64,000 nucleotides of DNA from Deltaproteobacteria bacterium (GCA_046583355.1 JAYGCM010000069.1:32001-96000), one strand, 5' to 3'. Positions 1 to 10,613 are shown, counted from the first letter of the stretch. The notes: generated by a model from the sequence alone, not told the origin. Translations and numbers: made by a program.

Positions 1-69
1 GCAGAGGCCGGCGAGGAAATCGTGCTCGCTCCAAGGCCCCGGCAGAGGGTCGTCGTCAGTCAAGGCGTA

Positions 70-1182
70 TCAGCCAAACCTTTCGCGTACCTTATCGAAG
101 AAACTTTTCTGCTGCGGGTGTACCTCTTCGCCGAAAGATCCGGCCAGCTCGGCGAGCAGTTCTCGTTGGCGCTCGTCGAGTCGCCGCGGTGTTTCGACGG
201 CAATTCGGACCATCTGGTCGCCACGGCCGTAGCCGTGCAGATCGGGGATGCCGCGTCCGCGCAGGCGGAAGACACTGCCGGATTGGGTACCCTCTTTGAT
301 CTTCATCGTGACCGAGCCCTCGATCGTGGGGATCTCCAACTCGGTGCCGAGTGCGGCCTGCGGGAAGGTTACGGTGACTTCGCAGAGGACGTCATTACCT
401 TCGCGGCGGAAGAGGTCGTGTTCCCGGACTTGTACGATGACGAAGAGGTCGCCGGCGGCCCCGCCGGGGCCGGGCTCGCCCTCGCCGCGCAGCTTGAGGC
501 GGGTGCCGGTGTCGACTCCGCCGGGAATCTTCACTTGCAGATCCTGTTCCTTGCGGACCAATCCTTGGCCGCGACATCCCACGCAGGGGTCCTGGACGAC
601 GCTGCCGCGCCCGTTGCACGCACCGCAGGTCTTGGCGATCGAGAAAAACCCTTGCTGAAAACGTACCTGGCCGGCACCGCGACAGGTCTTGCATTTGATC
701 GGCGCGGCGCCACCTTTGCCGCCCGTGCCGCTGCAATCCTCGCAATGGACATGGCGCGGGATGCGGATTTCTTTCTCCGTGCCGAAGCATGCCTCCTCGA
801 AGGAGATTTGCAGGGAGTAGCTGAGGTCTTCGCCGCGTCGTGGGCCGCCGCCGCGGCGAGCGCCGCCACCACCGAAGAAATCGCCGAAAAGATCGCCGAA
901 GATATCTTCGAAGCCGGTCGAGTTGAAATCGAAGCCAGCACCGCCGCCGCCTTCGAAGGCCGCATGGCCGAAGCGGTCGTAGCGAGCGCGCTGATCGTCG
1001 TCCGAGAGGACCTGGTAGGCTTCGGAGGCTTCACGGAATTTCGTTTCCGCCGCTGCGTCGTCCGGGTTGCGGTCGGGGTGGTATTTGAGCGCGAGTTTGC
1101 GGAAGGCCTTCTTGACAGTCTCGCTGGTCGAGGTTCGCTCGATGCCGAGCACCTCATAATAATCGATCTTGGTAGAGGCCAC
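70..1182 (-). CDS. dnaJ: Chaperone DnaJ
   Basis: J-domain with HPD motif, G/F-rich region and four CxxCxGxG repeats; GTG start at 1182 with GGAG upstream. Confidence 0.97.
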   Translation of the reverse strand: MASTKIDYYEVLGIERTSTSETVKKAFRKLALKYHPDRNPDDAAAETKFREASEAYQVLSDDDQRARYDRFGHAAFEGGGGAGFDFNSTGFEDIFGDLFGDFFGGGGARRGGGPRRGEDLSYSLQISFEEACFGTEKEIRIPRHVHCEDCSGTGGKGGAAPIKCKTCRGAGQVRFQQGFFSIAKTCGACNGRGSVVQDPCVGCRGQGLVRKEQDLQVKIPGGVDTGTRLKLRGEGEPGPGGAAGDLFVIVQVREHDLFRREGNDVLCEVTVTFPQAALGTELEIPTIEGSVTMKIKEGTQSGSVFRLRGRGIPDLHGYGRGDQMVRIAVETPRRLDERQRELLAELAGSFGEEVHPQQKSFFDKVRERFG

Positions 1183-1208
1183 GCGCGCTCCGTTGCTGAA
1201 ATGACGAA

Positions 1209-1232
1209 GGGGCGCGGCTTTGGCCGCGCCCC
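1209..1232. terminator. GC-rich intergenic hairpin between dnaK and dnaJ
   Basis: GGGGCGCGGC-tttg-GCCGCGCCCC, 10-bp perfect stem; no clear U-tract. Confidence 0.5.
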
Positions 1233-1245
1233 TCAAGGGCTTTGG

Positions 1246-3189
1246 TTAATTTTTGACTTCTTCGAAGTCGGCGTCGACGACATCGTCATCATCGTTGGGT
1301 CCAGCGCCGGCCTCTCCTGCCGAGTCCTTTGGTTCGGTGGTCGCTGCATCGGGTCCGCCTTCGCCTCCGGCCGACTCGCTCGCCTTGGCATACATGACCT
1401 CGGCGAGTTTGTGGGCTGCCTCGGAGAGCGTCTGACCCGCCGCGCTCAACGCGTCGGCTTCGGCCTCGGTATCTTCTTGCAGCTTTCGCGCATCCGCAAT
1501 GGCGGTTTCGATGGTTTCTTTGTCCGCCGCCTCAAGCGACTCGCCGTTCTCGCTGAGAGATTTCTCGGTCTGGTAGATGAGCGAATCGAGTTGGTTGCGG
1601 GCATCGATCGACTCGCGTCGCTTCTGGTCTTCCTCGGCATGGACCTCGGCGTCGTCGACCATTTTCTGGATCTCTTCTTTGGAGAGACCCGAAGACGCTG
1701 TAATCTGGATGGATTGCTCTTTGCCGGTGCCGAGATCTTTCGCATGCACATGCACGATGCCGTTGGAGTCGATGTCAAAGGCGACTTCGATCTGCGGCAG
1801 ACCGCGCGGCGCCGGCGGCAGTCCGACAAGGTCGAATTGGCCGAGCAATTTATTGTCGCTCGCCATTTCGCGCTCGCCTTGGAAGACCCGGATGGTCACG
1901 GCCGTCTGGTTGTCCGAGGCGGTCGAGAAGACCTGGCTTTTCTTGGTCGGGATGGTGGTGTTTTTTTCGATCAGCTTGGTGCAGACGCCGCCCAGCGTCT
2001 CGATGCCGAGCGAGAGCGGTGTCACATCGAGGAGCAGGACGTCTTTGACATCCCCCTGCAACACGCCGCCCTGAATGGCCGCGCCGACAGCGACGACCTC
2101 GTCGGGGTTCACGCCCTTATGGGGCTCCCGGCCGAAGAGTTTTTTCACCTGTGCCTGCACCGCCGGCATGCGCGTCATGCCACCGACAAGCACGACTTCG
2201 TCGATCTCGGAGGTCGAGAACCCGGCGTCCTTCAATGCCGTGAGGCAGGGGGCATTCAGGCGGTCGAGCAGGTCCGAGCAAAGCGCTTCGAGCTTGGCAC
2301 GCGAGAGCTTCACGTTGAGATGTTTGGGCCCGGAAGCGTCGGCCGTGATGAAGGGCAGGTTGATATCGGTTTCCGAGGAGCTGGAGAGTTCGATTTTGGC
2401 CTTCTCGGCCGCTTCCTTCAGGCGTTGCAGGGCCATGCGGTCGTTGCGCAGGTCGATGCCCTGATCTTTTTTGAACTCGGCGGCCAGGTATTCGATGATG
2501 CGCTGGTCGAAGTCCTCGCCACCGAGGAAGGTGTCGCCATGGGTCGACTTCACCTCGAAGACGCCGTCGCCGACCTCGAGAATCGAGATATCGAAGGTGC
2601 CGCCGCCGAGATCGAAGACGGCGATTTTCTCGTCTTTCTTCTTGTCGAGGCCGTAGGCGAGGGCTGCTGCGGTGGGCTCGTTGATGATGCGCTTCACCTC
2701 GAGGCCGGCGATCTTGCCGGCGTCTTTGGTGGCCTGGCGCTGCGAGTCATTGAAGTAGGCCGGCACGGTGATGACCGCCTCGGTGACTTCTTCACCGAGG
2801 TAATCTTCCGCGGTTTGCTTCATCTTTTGCAGGATGAAGGCCGAGATCTCGGCCGGGTTGTAGCTTTTGTCGCGGGATTCGACCCAGGCATCGCCGTTGT
2901 CGCTGCGCACCACCTTGTAGGGCAGGACGGTGGACGCCTGTTGCACATCGGAATCGTCGAAGCGGCGCCCGATGAGGCGCTTGATCGCAAAGACCGTATT
3001 CTCGGGGTTGGTCACCGCCTGGCGTCGGGCCACTTGACCGGTCAGCCGCTCGCCGTTCTCGGCAAACGCGACCGTCGACGGCGTAGTGCGTGCGCCCTCG
3101 GAGTTCGTGATGACCTGCGGATCGCCTCCCTCGACGATTGCCACACAGCAGTTGGTTGTGCCGAGATCGATGCCAATAATTTTGCCCAT
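1246..3189 (-). CDS. dnaK: Chaperone DnaK (Hsp70)
   Basis: [16 protein letters not shown] and DLGGGTFD motifs; C-terminal DADFEEV. Confidence 0.99.
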   Translation of the reverse strand: MGKIIGIDLGTTNCCVAIVEGGDPQVITNSEGARTTPSTVAFAENGERLTGQVARRQAVTNPENTVFAIKRLIGRRFDDSDVQQASTVLPYKVVRSDNGDAWVESRDKSYNPAEISAFILQKMKQTAEDYLGEEVTEAVITVPAYFNDSQRQATKDAGKIAGLEVKRIINEPTAAALAYGLDKKKDEKIAVFDLGGGTFDISILEVGDGVFEVKSTHGDTFLGGEDFDQRIIEYLAAEFKKDQGIDLRNDRMALQRLKEAAEKAKIELSSSSETDINLPFITADASGPKHLNVKLSRAKLEALCSDLLDRLNAPCLTALKDAGFSTSEIDEVVLVGGMTRMPAVQAQVKKLFGREPHKGVNPDEVVAVGAAIQGGVLQGDVKDVLLLDVTPLSLGIETLGGVCTKLIEKNTTIPTKKSQVFSTASDNQTAVTIRVFQGEREMASDNKLLGQFDLVGLPPAPRGLPQIEVAFDIDSNGIVHVHAKDLGTGKEQSIQITASSGLSKEEIQKMVDDAEVHAEEDQKRRESIDARNQLDSLIYQTEKSLSENGESLEAADKETIETAIADARKLQEDTEAEADALSAAGQTLSEAAHKLAEVMYAKASESAGGEGGPDAATTEPKDSAGEAGAGPNDDDDVVDADFEEVKN

Positions 3190-3336
3190 TTGCTTGGTTC
3201 CTTTTTCTCAGGGCCGGTGGGCCGCCTGGTGGCGGCGACGGATGCCTGGAGCATCGATCGACCTGAATTTCCTTGGATTTTCGTTGGTGCGACAAGAAGG
3301 TAAGTACGATCCGCCGCGCTGCAAGGGGAAAAGCGC

Positions 3337-3942
3337 CTACTTTTCCTCGGTTTCGGGGGTCGGTGCCTGGGCGACCGTGACCTGGGCTGCGCGCAGCAGT
3401 CGGTCGTGCAGCTGGTAGCCTGGCCGGTGCTCATCCATGACGTGCCCCGCTGTGGCGAGGGTGGTCGGGATCTGGGCGAGTGCCTCGTGCACGGCGGGGT
3501 CGAAGGGCTTGCCGGTGGCCTCGATCCGGGTGACGCCGTGGCGCTCGAAAGTTCCGCGGAGATCTTTCAGGACCAACTCGACGCCTTCGCGCAGAGCGGC
3601 GACAGCGTTCTCTCCCTCGGCATGTGCGACGGCTAGTTCGAGGTTGTCGAGGCTGCCGAGCAGGTCGCGCAGAAGCCCGGAGCTGGCAAAGCGCAGCGCG
3701 TCGGCCTTCTCGCGCATGAGGCGGCGCTTGAAGTTCTCCAACTCGGCCCTCTCCCGCAGGAAGAGGTCGTGGTTCGCGGCCGACTCCTCGGCTTTGCTGC
3801 CGATTTCCGCCTCCAACGCACGCACCTGCTCCAAGGCTTCGGCGAGGGTCAGGGGCGCGGGCGCCTCTTCGGCGTCTTCAGGTACTCCAGCCACTCCGGT
3901 TATCGGGACAGCATTTTCTTCGGTTTTTTCCGCTTCGCTCAT
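3337..3942 (-). CDS. grpE: Nucleotide exchange factor GrpE
   Basis: AELENFKRR, FDPAVHEA and GYQLHDRLLRAAQV motifs; lies upstream of dnaK. Confidence 0.96.
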   Translation of the reverse strand: MSEAEKTEENAVPITGVAGVPEDAEEAPAPLTLAEALEQVRALEAEIGSKAEESAANHDLFLRERAELENFKRRLMREKADALRFASSGLLRDLLGSLDNLELAVAHAEGENAVAALREGVELVLKDLRGTFERHGVTRIEATGKPFDPAVHEALAQIPTTLATAGHVMDEHRPGYQLHDRLLRAAQVTVAQAPTPETEEK

Positions 3943-4001
3943 GGTTTTTCTCGTGTAGCGGCCGGGCCTCGAGTCATCCGATCCCGGCGCTGCACCGCCG
4001 A

Positions 4002-4030
4002 AACCTAAGCACGCGCAGGTGGGCTGTCAA
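4002..4030 (-). promoter_or_regulatory. sigma70-type promoter for grpE-dnaK-dnaJ
   Basis: Minus strand TTGACA-N17-TAGGTT. Confidence 0.55.
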
Positions 4031-4114
4031 CGGTCCACGGCCCTCGATCAAGCTGCGCTATTTTCCCGCATCCGTCGTCTCAGATCCGGAGGCTTTTTGT
4101 GCTATTCGGGGTAG

Positions 4115-4927
4115 ATGCGGGGCAAGAGGACAGCGGCAGTGGTGTTGCGCACGACGCCCTTCGGGGAGTCGGACAAGATTGTCACATTGCTCTGCGAAGA
4201 TGCCGGAAAAATCACTGGTATCGCCAAGGCCGCCAAGCGCTCGCGCAAACGCTTCGGTGCTGCGCTCGAGCTTTTCTGTCATGTGCGGCTCGATTATCGT
4301 GAGCGTCGCGGTGCCGATCTCGTCTTTCTCGAACGCGCCATCATTCTGCGCCCTTGGAGCGGCTTGGTGGCATCGCTGGATCGGTACGCGGCGGCGACGC
4401 ATATCATCGAGGTGGCCGACAAAATCTCGGCCGAGCGCGAGGTGGGCTGCGACCTCTACGATGTCGTTGTCGCGGCGTTGGACCGTCTCGATCGCGCCGA
4501 GCCCTGCGCGGCTACGTTGCGCATTTTCGAACTCGCCGTCCTCGCGGCCTCCGGCTACGGCGCCGATTTCTCCCGTTGTGTGGGCTGCCGGGTGGGCCTC
4601 GGCGAGGGGGATTTTGGGGCCCGCGTTCACGTGCCGGGTGGCGGCCTGCTCTGCAGCGATTGTGCTGGTTCCGAGGCCGCCGGGATTCACCTCACGCGCG
4701 AGAGCATCGATTGCCTGCACCGTCTGGCCGGGCTGGTGGCGATGGGCCTGCCCAACGAGGCTCGCGATACTTTTTGCCCCGCGACTCTCTTCGGCGTGGA
4801 CGAAAGTCTCGAGATCGAGGCCGGCCAGCAGCGCACGGCCAGCGAGCTCAGGCTCGCCGTCGGTGCCCTGATCGAACCGCATTTGCGATCCCCCCTGCGT
4901 GCATTCGACTTGATAAGCGGAATCTGA
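4115..4927 (+). CDS. recO: DNA repair protein RecO
   Basis: ESDKIVTL...GKI.GIAK..KRSRKRFG N-terminal OB fold; CxxC...CxxC zinc finger. Confidence 0.92.
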   Translation: MRGKRTAAVVLRTTPFGESDKIVTLLCEDAGKITGIAKAAKRSRKRFGAALELFCHVRLDYRERRGADLVFLERAIILRPWSGLVASLDRYAAATHIIEVADKISAEREVGCDLYDVVVAALDRLDRAEPCAATLRIFELAVLAASGYGADFSRCVGCRVGLGEGDFGARVHVPGGGLLCSDCAGSEAAGIHLTRESIDCLHRLAGLVAMGLPNEARDTFCPATLFGVDESLEIEAGQQRTASELRLAVGALIEPHLRSPLRAFDLISGI

Positions 4928-5148
4928 GTCGATCGCCGGGTTAGAGGCCCGGCCGACAAGTGCGAGGGCCTTATTCCCTCCGGTGGCGTTTCGTCCCCTT
5001 CAGGGGACGTGTACCGAAATCCGTCCCCTTCCCTCGTTTGGAGATGTGCCCGGAGGGTCCCTGGTCGCTCCCGGCTTCCCGGCCCCCGGCTTTCGCTGGC
5101 GGCTTTGTGGTGCGAGGCGTTCGCCGCTAGGACGGGCTGGCCCTTCTC

Positions 5149-6630
5149 ATGATGAATTTCTCCCGATCGATTTTTGCGGCTTCTGTGCTTGTGCTGGCGT
5201 GTTTTCCTGGAATGGTCGGGGTTGGTGCGGCGGCCGGAAAGATTGTTGGCTCGGGGCGGGCCGAGGCGCTCGGCGTGGTGCGCTTCAACCACGCCAGTCA
5301 AGCGCAGCTGCCTTCCCTGCGGATTGACCTGGAACTCACCCAGCGCCTGGGCGGCGGGTTTCGCTGGAAGCTGGGCACGACGGGCCGGGTGGGTGGTCCC
5401 GTGGTCGACCCGAGCGGTGCCGGGCTCTTCGACCTCGCGCATACCTTCCAGAATGTCGCTCCCTCATTGGAACTGGGTGAGGCCTGGGTCGAGTATCGTG
5501 GCGATACTCTCGATCTGCGGGTGGGCAACCAACGGTTTTTCTGGGGCAAGCTCGACGCGCAGCAACCCAATGACCTTCTGAGCCCGCGCCAGTGGCAGGA
5601 CCCGCTCATCACCGACGAGAAGCGCACCAAGATCGCCGTGCCGGCGGTGTCGGCCGATTGGTATTTCCCCGAATCCTGGCAGGCCTTTCTTCCCGACGAG
5701 AGCCGCGCTTCGCTGGTCTGGCAACCCTTTGCGCTTCCTTGGCGCTACCCGCTCACCGAGGAACGCTGGTTCGCACCGGCGCTGCGTGCGCCCGGCGCGA
5801 TTGTTCTGGGCGCGATTCCGGGAACGCCATGCCCCTGTGACGTGGCGCTCGACCAGAGCGTGCGCAATAGCGCGCCACCCGTTCGTAGCCTGGATAATGG
5901 CAACGTCGGGCTCCGGCTCTCGGCGCGCAGCGCCGGGGTCGATTGGGATCTGGTCTATTTCAATGGCTACGACCCGCAGCCGAACTTCTCTGTCGCGGTG
6001 CAATTGCACGAGATGGCCTCCGCTGGTGGGACAGGGTTCTCGGCCGATGTGATCGTCGAGCCCGCCTATGAGCGCTTCCAATCGATCGGTGGTGGCGCGG
6101 CCTTCGAGGCGGGGGATTTCACCTGGCGCACCGAGCTGGCCTACCGCAGCGACCGCCCCTGGCCGATGACGCTTGCCGAGGTGCGCCGCGGCATCGAGGA
6201 GGATCCGCAGGCAGTCGCTGCGTTGCTCAGCGGCCAAGAGGTCTTCTTGCCGGCTTATGTGAAACGCGACGCGGTTGAGTGGGGACTCGGAGCGGACACC
6301 TTTTTTTTCGATGACCTACATACGATTCTCGAGGTGCACCAGACCCTGCTGATCGACAACGACGTGCGGTTGCTCGTGCGTAACGTCGATACCAAGATCA
6401 TTCTGACCCTGCGCAAGCCGCTGTGGAATCAGCGCGTCGAGACTGAATTGGTTGCGCTTTTCGGAGCCGAGTCGGGCTACCGGCTCCTGCGTGTCGAGGC
6501 CGATTATGCCTTGAGCGATGCCCTCCATCTCGAGGTCGGCGCGCTGCTGGTTGCCGGTACTTTCGACTCGTTGATCGGCCAATACCGCAACAATGACGAG
6601 GCTTTTTTCCGCATGGTCTGGAGCTTCTAG
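5149..6630 (+). CDS. Outer-membrane beta-barrel protein, DUF1302-like
   Basis: Signal peptide, EAWVEY..DLRVGNQRFFWG..D motif, C-terminal WSF. Confidence 0.6.
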   Translation: MMNFSRSIFAASVLVLACFPGMVGVGAAAGKIVGSGRAEALGVVRFNHASQAQLPSLRIDLELTQRLGGGFRWKLGTTGRVGGPVVDPSGAGLFDLAHTFQNVAPSLELGEAWVEYRGDTLDLRVGNQRFFWGKLDAQQPNDLLSPRQWQDPLITDEKRTKIAVPAVSADWYFPESWQAFLPDESRASLVWQPFALPWRYPLTEERWFAPALRAPGAIVLGAIPGTPCPCDVALDQSVRNSAPPVRSLDNGNVGLRLSARSAGVDWDLVYFNGYDPQPNFSVAVQLHEMASAGGTGFSADVIVEPAYERFQSIGGGAAFEAGDFTWRTELAYRSDRPWPMTLAEVRRGIEEDPQAVAALLSGQEVFLPAYVKRDAVEWGLGADTFFFDDLHTILEVHQTLLIDNDVRLLVRNVDTKIILTLRKPLWNQRVETELVALFGAESGYRLLRVEADYALSDALHLEVGALLVAGTFDSLIGQYRNNDEAFFRMVWSF

Positions 6631-6648
6631 AGGCGCGCTCCCGATCCT

Positions 6649-7644
6649 CTAATCTGCACTCCGCAGCGGTAGGTCGCGCGAAGCGCGGCGGCGGCCGTAG
6701 CGTAGTGGGATGAGCAGGTGGCGGGGGTCGAGCGGGCGCCAGTCTTCGATCTGCGCCTGCGTACGCCTGCGGGTCGCTTCGTCGAGCAGGGGCCAGGCCA
6801 CAAGCGCGCCGGCGAGGTTCAGGTAGCGCAGCAGGAGGTAGGCGAGGTAGCCGGGCGGGCCATGCGCTTTCCAGACGAATAGGTCCTCGGAGAGGGCGGC
6901 CTGGCGCCGTCGCGCGCGGTCGCTGCGGCGCGCGTCGCCGCCGTGCGAGACGCTGGCTTCCGCACAGAAAAAAACTTGGCCGCCGCGTGCGCGGATGCGA
7001 CGACAGAAATCGATCTCCTCACAATAGAGGAAGAAATCCGGGTCGAAGCCGCCGACGGCCAGCGCGGCCTCGCGGCGTGCCAGCAGGAATGAGCCCTGTA
7101 CGGCATCCGTGGCATGTGAGACTTCCTGTTCGCGCCGATGTGTGTTGGTGTTCTTTGCCGCCAATGCAGCCGGTGCGAAGCGGCGCAGCAGCGGACGGGC
7201 AAGGGGTTGGTTGGCCAGCGCGGCCATGGGGCCGGGCCAGGTCGCACGCGGGTAGGCACTGCGCTGAAATGAGCCGTCGCGGTTGTGATGGCTACAACCG
7301 AGCACGTCGGGGGCCGGGGAGAGGCCGTCGGCGACGGCGAGGCAGGTGTCAAGCGCCGGCCCCTGCAGTCGGGTGTCGGGGTTGAGCAGGAGGATCCATT
7401 CTCCGCGGGCTTCGGCAAGTGCGAGGTTTACCGCGGCGGCAAAGCCCGGGTTCTGCGGTGCCGCGATCCAATGCGCGTCCGGAGCTTCGGCCAGAAGCCG
7501 GCGCTGCGCGGTCTCGCTGCCCTCGTTGTCGACAATGAAAATTTCAAGATCGTGGTCGTGCGTCTCCTGGCGCACACTCGCCAGCGCGCCCGCGATGCCC
7601 TCGGGGTCTCTGTAGTGCACAAGAATTACGCTGACGAGGCTCAA
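6649..7644 (-). CDS. Glycosyltransferase family 2 (WbbL-like)
   Basis: NPGFAAAVN, LLLNPD and GGFDPDFFLYCEEIDFC motifs. Confidence 0.9.
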   Translation of the reverse strand: MSLVSVILVHYRDPEGIAGALASVRQETHDHDLEIFIVDNEGSETAQRRLLAEAPDAHWIAAPQNPGFAAAVNLALAEARGEWILLLNPDTRLQGPALDTCLAVADGLSPAPDVLGCSHHNRDGSFQRSAYPRATWPGPMAALANQPLARPLLRRFAPAALAAKNTNTHRREQEVSHATDAVQGSFLLARREAALAVGGFDPDFFLYCEEIDFCRRIRARGGQVFFCAEASVSHGGDARRSDRARRRQAALSEDLFVWKAHGPPGYLAYLLLRYLNLAGALVAWPLLDEATRRRTQAQIEDWRPLDPRHLLIPLRYGRRRASRDLPLRSAD

Positions 7645-8663
7645 GGCTTACACTGCTCGCAACGAGTGGGCCGGTTCTTGGGGCGGGTCGTCAGGCGCAC
7701 CAACTCCGACCATAGGCCGCAGCCCCAGCAGAGATGGAGGGTCGGGAAGATGAGTAGGAGTCGCCCGAAATGGGCCAGGTCGCGGGGCCAGGCGGTGATC
7801 AGGGCAAAGGCGATGATCGCGGTGGCGTAGGTTCCGACCAGCAGCCCGAGAACCATTCCGGCGGCGGGCAGGATCAGATTCAGCAGAGCGGCGAGGCCGA
7901 GCGCGAGGACAAAGGCGGGTGGTACGGCCTGGCGTATCCGCAAGGAGCTCGGGTGTTTCCACAAGGTCCATGCCTTCCAGCGGCCGTAGCGTGTGTATTG
8001 ACGGTGAAGCCCCTGCCAATCCGGGCGTGGCAGATAGGTCGAATGCACGGCCGGGCTGAGCAGGATGCGCCCGCCGGCTTCGCGCAGGCGGATATTCAAC
8101 TCGTAGTCCTCGTTGGCATGAGCGTCTTCGTCAAAACCGCCGATGTCGAGCAGCGTTTTGCGGCGCCACGCGCCGAGGTAGACCGTATCGACGAGGCGCT
8201 CGTCGGTCGCATAATGGAAATGAGAATTGCCCAGACCGAAGGGCGTGCTGGTGGCAAGCGCGATGGCACGGCTCATCGGATTCTCGCCGACCGCGACCAT
8301 ACGCCCGCCGACGTTCTCGGCGCGGCCTTCTTCCAGTAGTCGGACGCAGGCGGCCAAGTAATCGCATGCGATCGTGGTGCGCGCATCGACGCGCAGGAAG
8401 AACGTGCCTCGGGCTTCGCGCATGGCGAGGTTGAGTGCCGGCGACTGGAATTTCTGCGGGTTCGCCAACAGGCGGATCCGCCGGTCTTTGGCCTGCATTC
8501 CCTGCACGATCGCCAATGTGCCGTCGTCGGAGCCGCCGTCGACGACCAGGATCTCATAGGTGCGGTCTGCGAATTCCTGGGCCAGCACAGCCTCTAATGT
8601 CCGACGGATCCACGGCGCCTCGTTCAGAACCGGGATCGCGATGGTCGCGCGGATCCCGCTCAT
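7641..8663 (-). CDS. Glycosyltransferase family 2 (ExoA-like) with C-terminal TM helices
   Basis: IPVLNE, VVDGGSDDGT, DTVYLGAW and NEDYELN motifs; ATGA overlap with the upstream GT4. Confidence 0.9.
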   Translation of the reverse strand: MSGIRATIAIPVLNEAPWIRRTLEAVLAQEFADRTYEILVVDGGSDDGTLAIVQGMQAKDRRIRLLANPQKFQSPALNLAMREARGTFFLRVDARTTIACDYLAACVRLLEEGRAENVGGRMVAVGENPMSRAIALATSTPFGLGNSHFHYATDERLVDTVYLGAWRRKTLLDIGGFDEDAHANEDYELNIRLREAGGRILLSPAVHSTYLPRPDWQGLHRQYTRYGRWKAWTLWKHPSSLRIRQAVPPAFVLALGLAALLNLILPAAGMVLGLLVGTYATAIIAFALITAWPRDLAHFGRLLLIFPTLHLCWGCGLWSELVRLTTRPKNRPTRCEQCKP

Positions 8664-9874
8664 GCGCCATGCCTGGAGGGTTCCTGCTGCATGCCGGAGA
8701 GTTCTTGATAAATGGTGTTGAGCTCGTCGCCCAGGCTGTCCCAGCTGTACTTGCACTGTACCAGCAGGCTGGCGGCGCGGCCCATTTGCTCGCTCCGGCC
8801 GGTATCACTGAGAAGCCGTGCGATTGCCTCGGCGATGGCTTGCGGCTCGTCGGCGAGGCTGAGATGTTCGCCGTCGCTTGCCTCGATGCCCTCGGCACCG
8901 ATTGTCGTGGAGACCACCGGGCGGGCGAGCGCCATGGCTTCGAGGATCTTGATGCGGATGCCCGAGCCGATGCGCGTCGGCGAGACAAAAACCGCGCCGC
9001 GGGCGATCTCGGGGCGCACATCGGGTACGCGTCCCCGGACATCGATGCCGCGTGCCGCGCCGTCGCGCACCAGCGCGTCGGGTGCGCCGCGGCCGACCAC
9101 GGCGAGTCGCGCTTCGGGCACCAATTCACGCAACCGTGGGAAGATTTGCTCGGTCAAAAAGTTGAGACCGTCGCGGGTCGGCCGCCAGGAATAATCGCCC
9201 GTGGTCACGAGCCGGCCGGGCTCAGCTGCCGAGAAGGGTTCGGGCTGGAAGAAATTTGTATCGACGCCATCGGGCAGAACATCGATGCGTGCGCTTGGCG
9301 CGAGCGTTCGCAGGCGCTGTGCATCGACCTCTGTCACGGCGAGGCAACGGTCGAAACGCGCACACGAGATCCCCTCGTAACGTGCCACGGCGCGGGCTTG
9401 GCGGCGCATCAGCGGACGCAAGAGTGCGCTCGTTCCCTTCTCGGCGAAGCGCTCGAGGATTCGGCTCTCGACATTATGCTCGCGCAGCAGGGTAGGGAGG
9501 TGCGACGGGATCGCGCGGACGTAGGCTGCGGTATGGAGGTGGTCGAAATGCACCAGGTCGATGTCCCGTTGCTCGCAGATCTCGACCGCCTTCTTCGCCA
9601 CGGCACGCGAATGGAGACGCGCCATCGAGAAGGGGCGCTCGGAGGTGGCCGCATCGAGCCAGGAGAAAAGGGGCCCGGTCTGGTCGCGCACTGTGACGAT
9701 GCTCTCGCAGTATGGCTTCAGCGCTTCGACCCCCTCTGCCGCATCGCGGTCACAGAGGCTCAGCAAGGTCAGCCGATTGCGCCGACCGATCTGCCGCACC
9801 AATTGGTAGAGCGCCATCCTCCCGCCATTATCAGGCGGCCAAGGAAGCTGCGGCGTAATCTGAAGAATATGCAT
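8660..9874 (-). CDS. Glycosyltransferase family 4
   Basis: PWPPDNGG, EHNVES and GSGIRIKILEAMA...GAEGI motifs. Confidence 0.9.
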   Translation of the reverse strand: MHILQITPQLPWPPDNGGRMALYQLVRQIGRRNRLTLLSLCDRDAAEGVEALKPYCESIVTVRDQTGPLFSWLDAATSERPFSMARLHSRAVAKKAVEICEQRDIDLVHFDHLHTAAYVRAIPSHLPTLLREHNVESRILERFAEKGTSALLRPLMRRQARAVARYEGISCARFDRCLAVTEVDAQRLRTLAPSARIDVLPDGVDTNFFQPEPFSAAEPGRLVTTGDYSWRPTRDGLNFLTEQIFPRLRELVPEARLAVVGRGAPDALVRDGAARGIDVRGRVPDVRPEIARGAVFVSPTRIGSGIRIKILEAMALARPVVSTTIGAEGIEASDGEHLSLADEPQAIAEAIARLLSDTGRSEQMGRAASLLVQCKYSWDSLGDELNTIYQELSGMQQEPSRHGA

Positions 9875-9944
9875 CGTCGTCGGAAGAGACGGACGCTACC
9901 TATCCCACTATGCTTCTGCCGCGAAGTAGGGAGGGACGGCCGAC

Positions 9945-10331
9945 CTACCAGGCGCAGCGGATCTGGTCGTAACGGCGAAACGCCGCGTCCGGACTGAGCA
10001 GAAGTAGATCGGCTTCGCGGGCGGTGGCGAGAAGGATTCGGTCTGCCGGGTCGCGATGGTGCGGCGGCAGGAGGGTCGCAAGTGCTGCTACGCGAGCGGT
10101 GATGGCAATCTCCTTGAGGCCGTGATGGCGCGCTACGCCGGCAATCCATTCGTCGACCGGCAAGGGCAGAACGAGTTTTCCTTTTGCCGCCTTGATGCCG
10201 ATTTCGAGCGCGGAGATGGCGGAGAAAAAGAGAGTGTCGGAGGCGTCGCTAATCTCTTGGCGCGCGCGATCGGAGAGGAGGGCTGGATCACTCGCGAGCC
10301 AGAGAAGCGTGCAGGTATCGAGAAGCAGCAT
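9945..10331 (-). CDS. vapC: PIN-domain VapC-family toxin
   Basis: LLDTC, SAISALEI and HRDPADRIL motifs. Confidence 0.92.
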   Translation of the reverse strand: MLLLDTCTLLWLASDPALLSDRARQEISDASDTLFFSAISALEIGIKAAKGKLVLPLPVDEWIAGVARHHGLKEIAITARVAALATLLPPHHRDPADRILLATAREADLLLLSPDAAFRRYDQIRCAW

Positions 10332-10343
10332 TCGACAGGTTGG

Positions 10344-10577
10344 CTACAGGAGCTCTTGCCAATCGTCGCTGTCGAGCGGCTGCACGGGATCTTCCAGGAA
10401 CACGACCTGCCCGAGCACGGGATGCGGCTGCAGCGGATCGGTATGGGTCGAAAAGCGTCGTAACTCGGCCACCGGCCGCCCCGCACGACAGATCACGACC
10501 GTTTCGTCCCTCTCCTCTACCGCCGCCAGCAGGTAGGAGAGGCGGGTTTTGGCCTCCTGAGTATTGATCCGAATCAT
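10344..10577 (-). CDS. Phd/YefM-family antitoxin
   Basis: EAKTRLSYLL...ETVVICRAGRPVAEL; directly upstream of the PIN toxin. Confidence 0.9.
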   Translation of the reverse strand: MIRINTQEAKTRLSYLLAAVEERDETVVICRAGRPVAELRRFSTHTDPLQPHPVLGQVVFLEDPVQPLDSDDWQELL

Positions 10578-10578
10578 A

Positions 10579-10613
10579 AGACCAAGTCTGGTCTGGTCTG
10601 GATCGAGAGTCAA
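10579..10613 (-). promoter_or_regulatory. TA promoter with palindromic operator (probably leaderless mRNA)
   Basis: Minus strand TTGACT-N17-CAGACT-N7-ATG; palindrome AGACCA-agtc-TGGTCT overlaps the -10. Confidence 0.6.

Noticed and set aside
1..63. Start of a minus-strand gene downstream of dnaJ
   Set aside because: An open frame from TTG exists but is too short within the window to identify
22..3303. 1093-aa ORF antisense to dnaK-dnaJ
   Set aside because: Well-known shadow ORF produced by codon bias opposite hsp70 genes in GC-rich genomes; no recognisable domain
3943..4114. CIRCE element or hrcA upstream of grpE
   Set aside because: No TTAGCACTC-N9-GAGTGCTAA and no hrcA ORF; recO is the divergent neighbour
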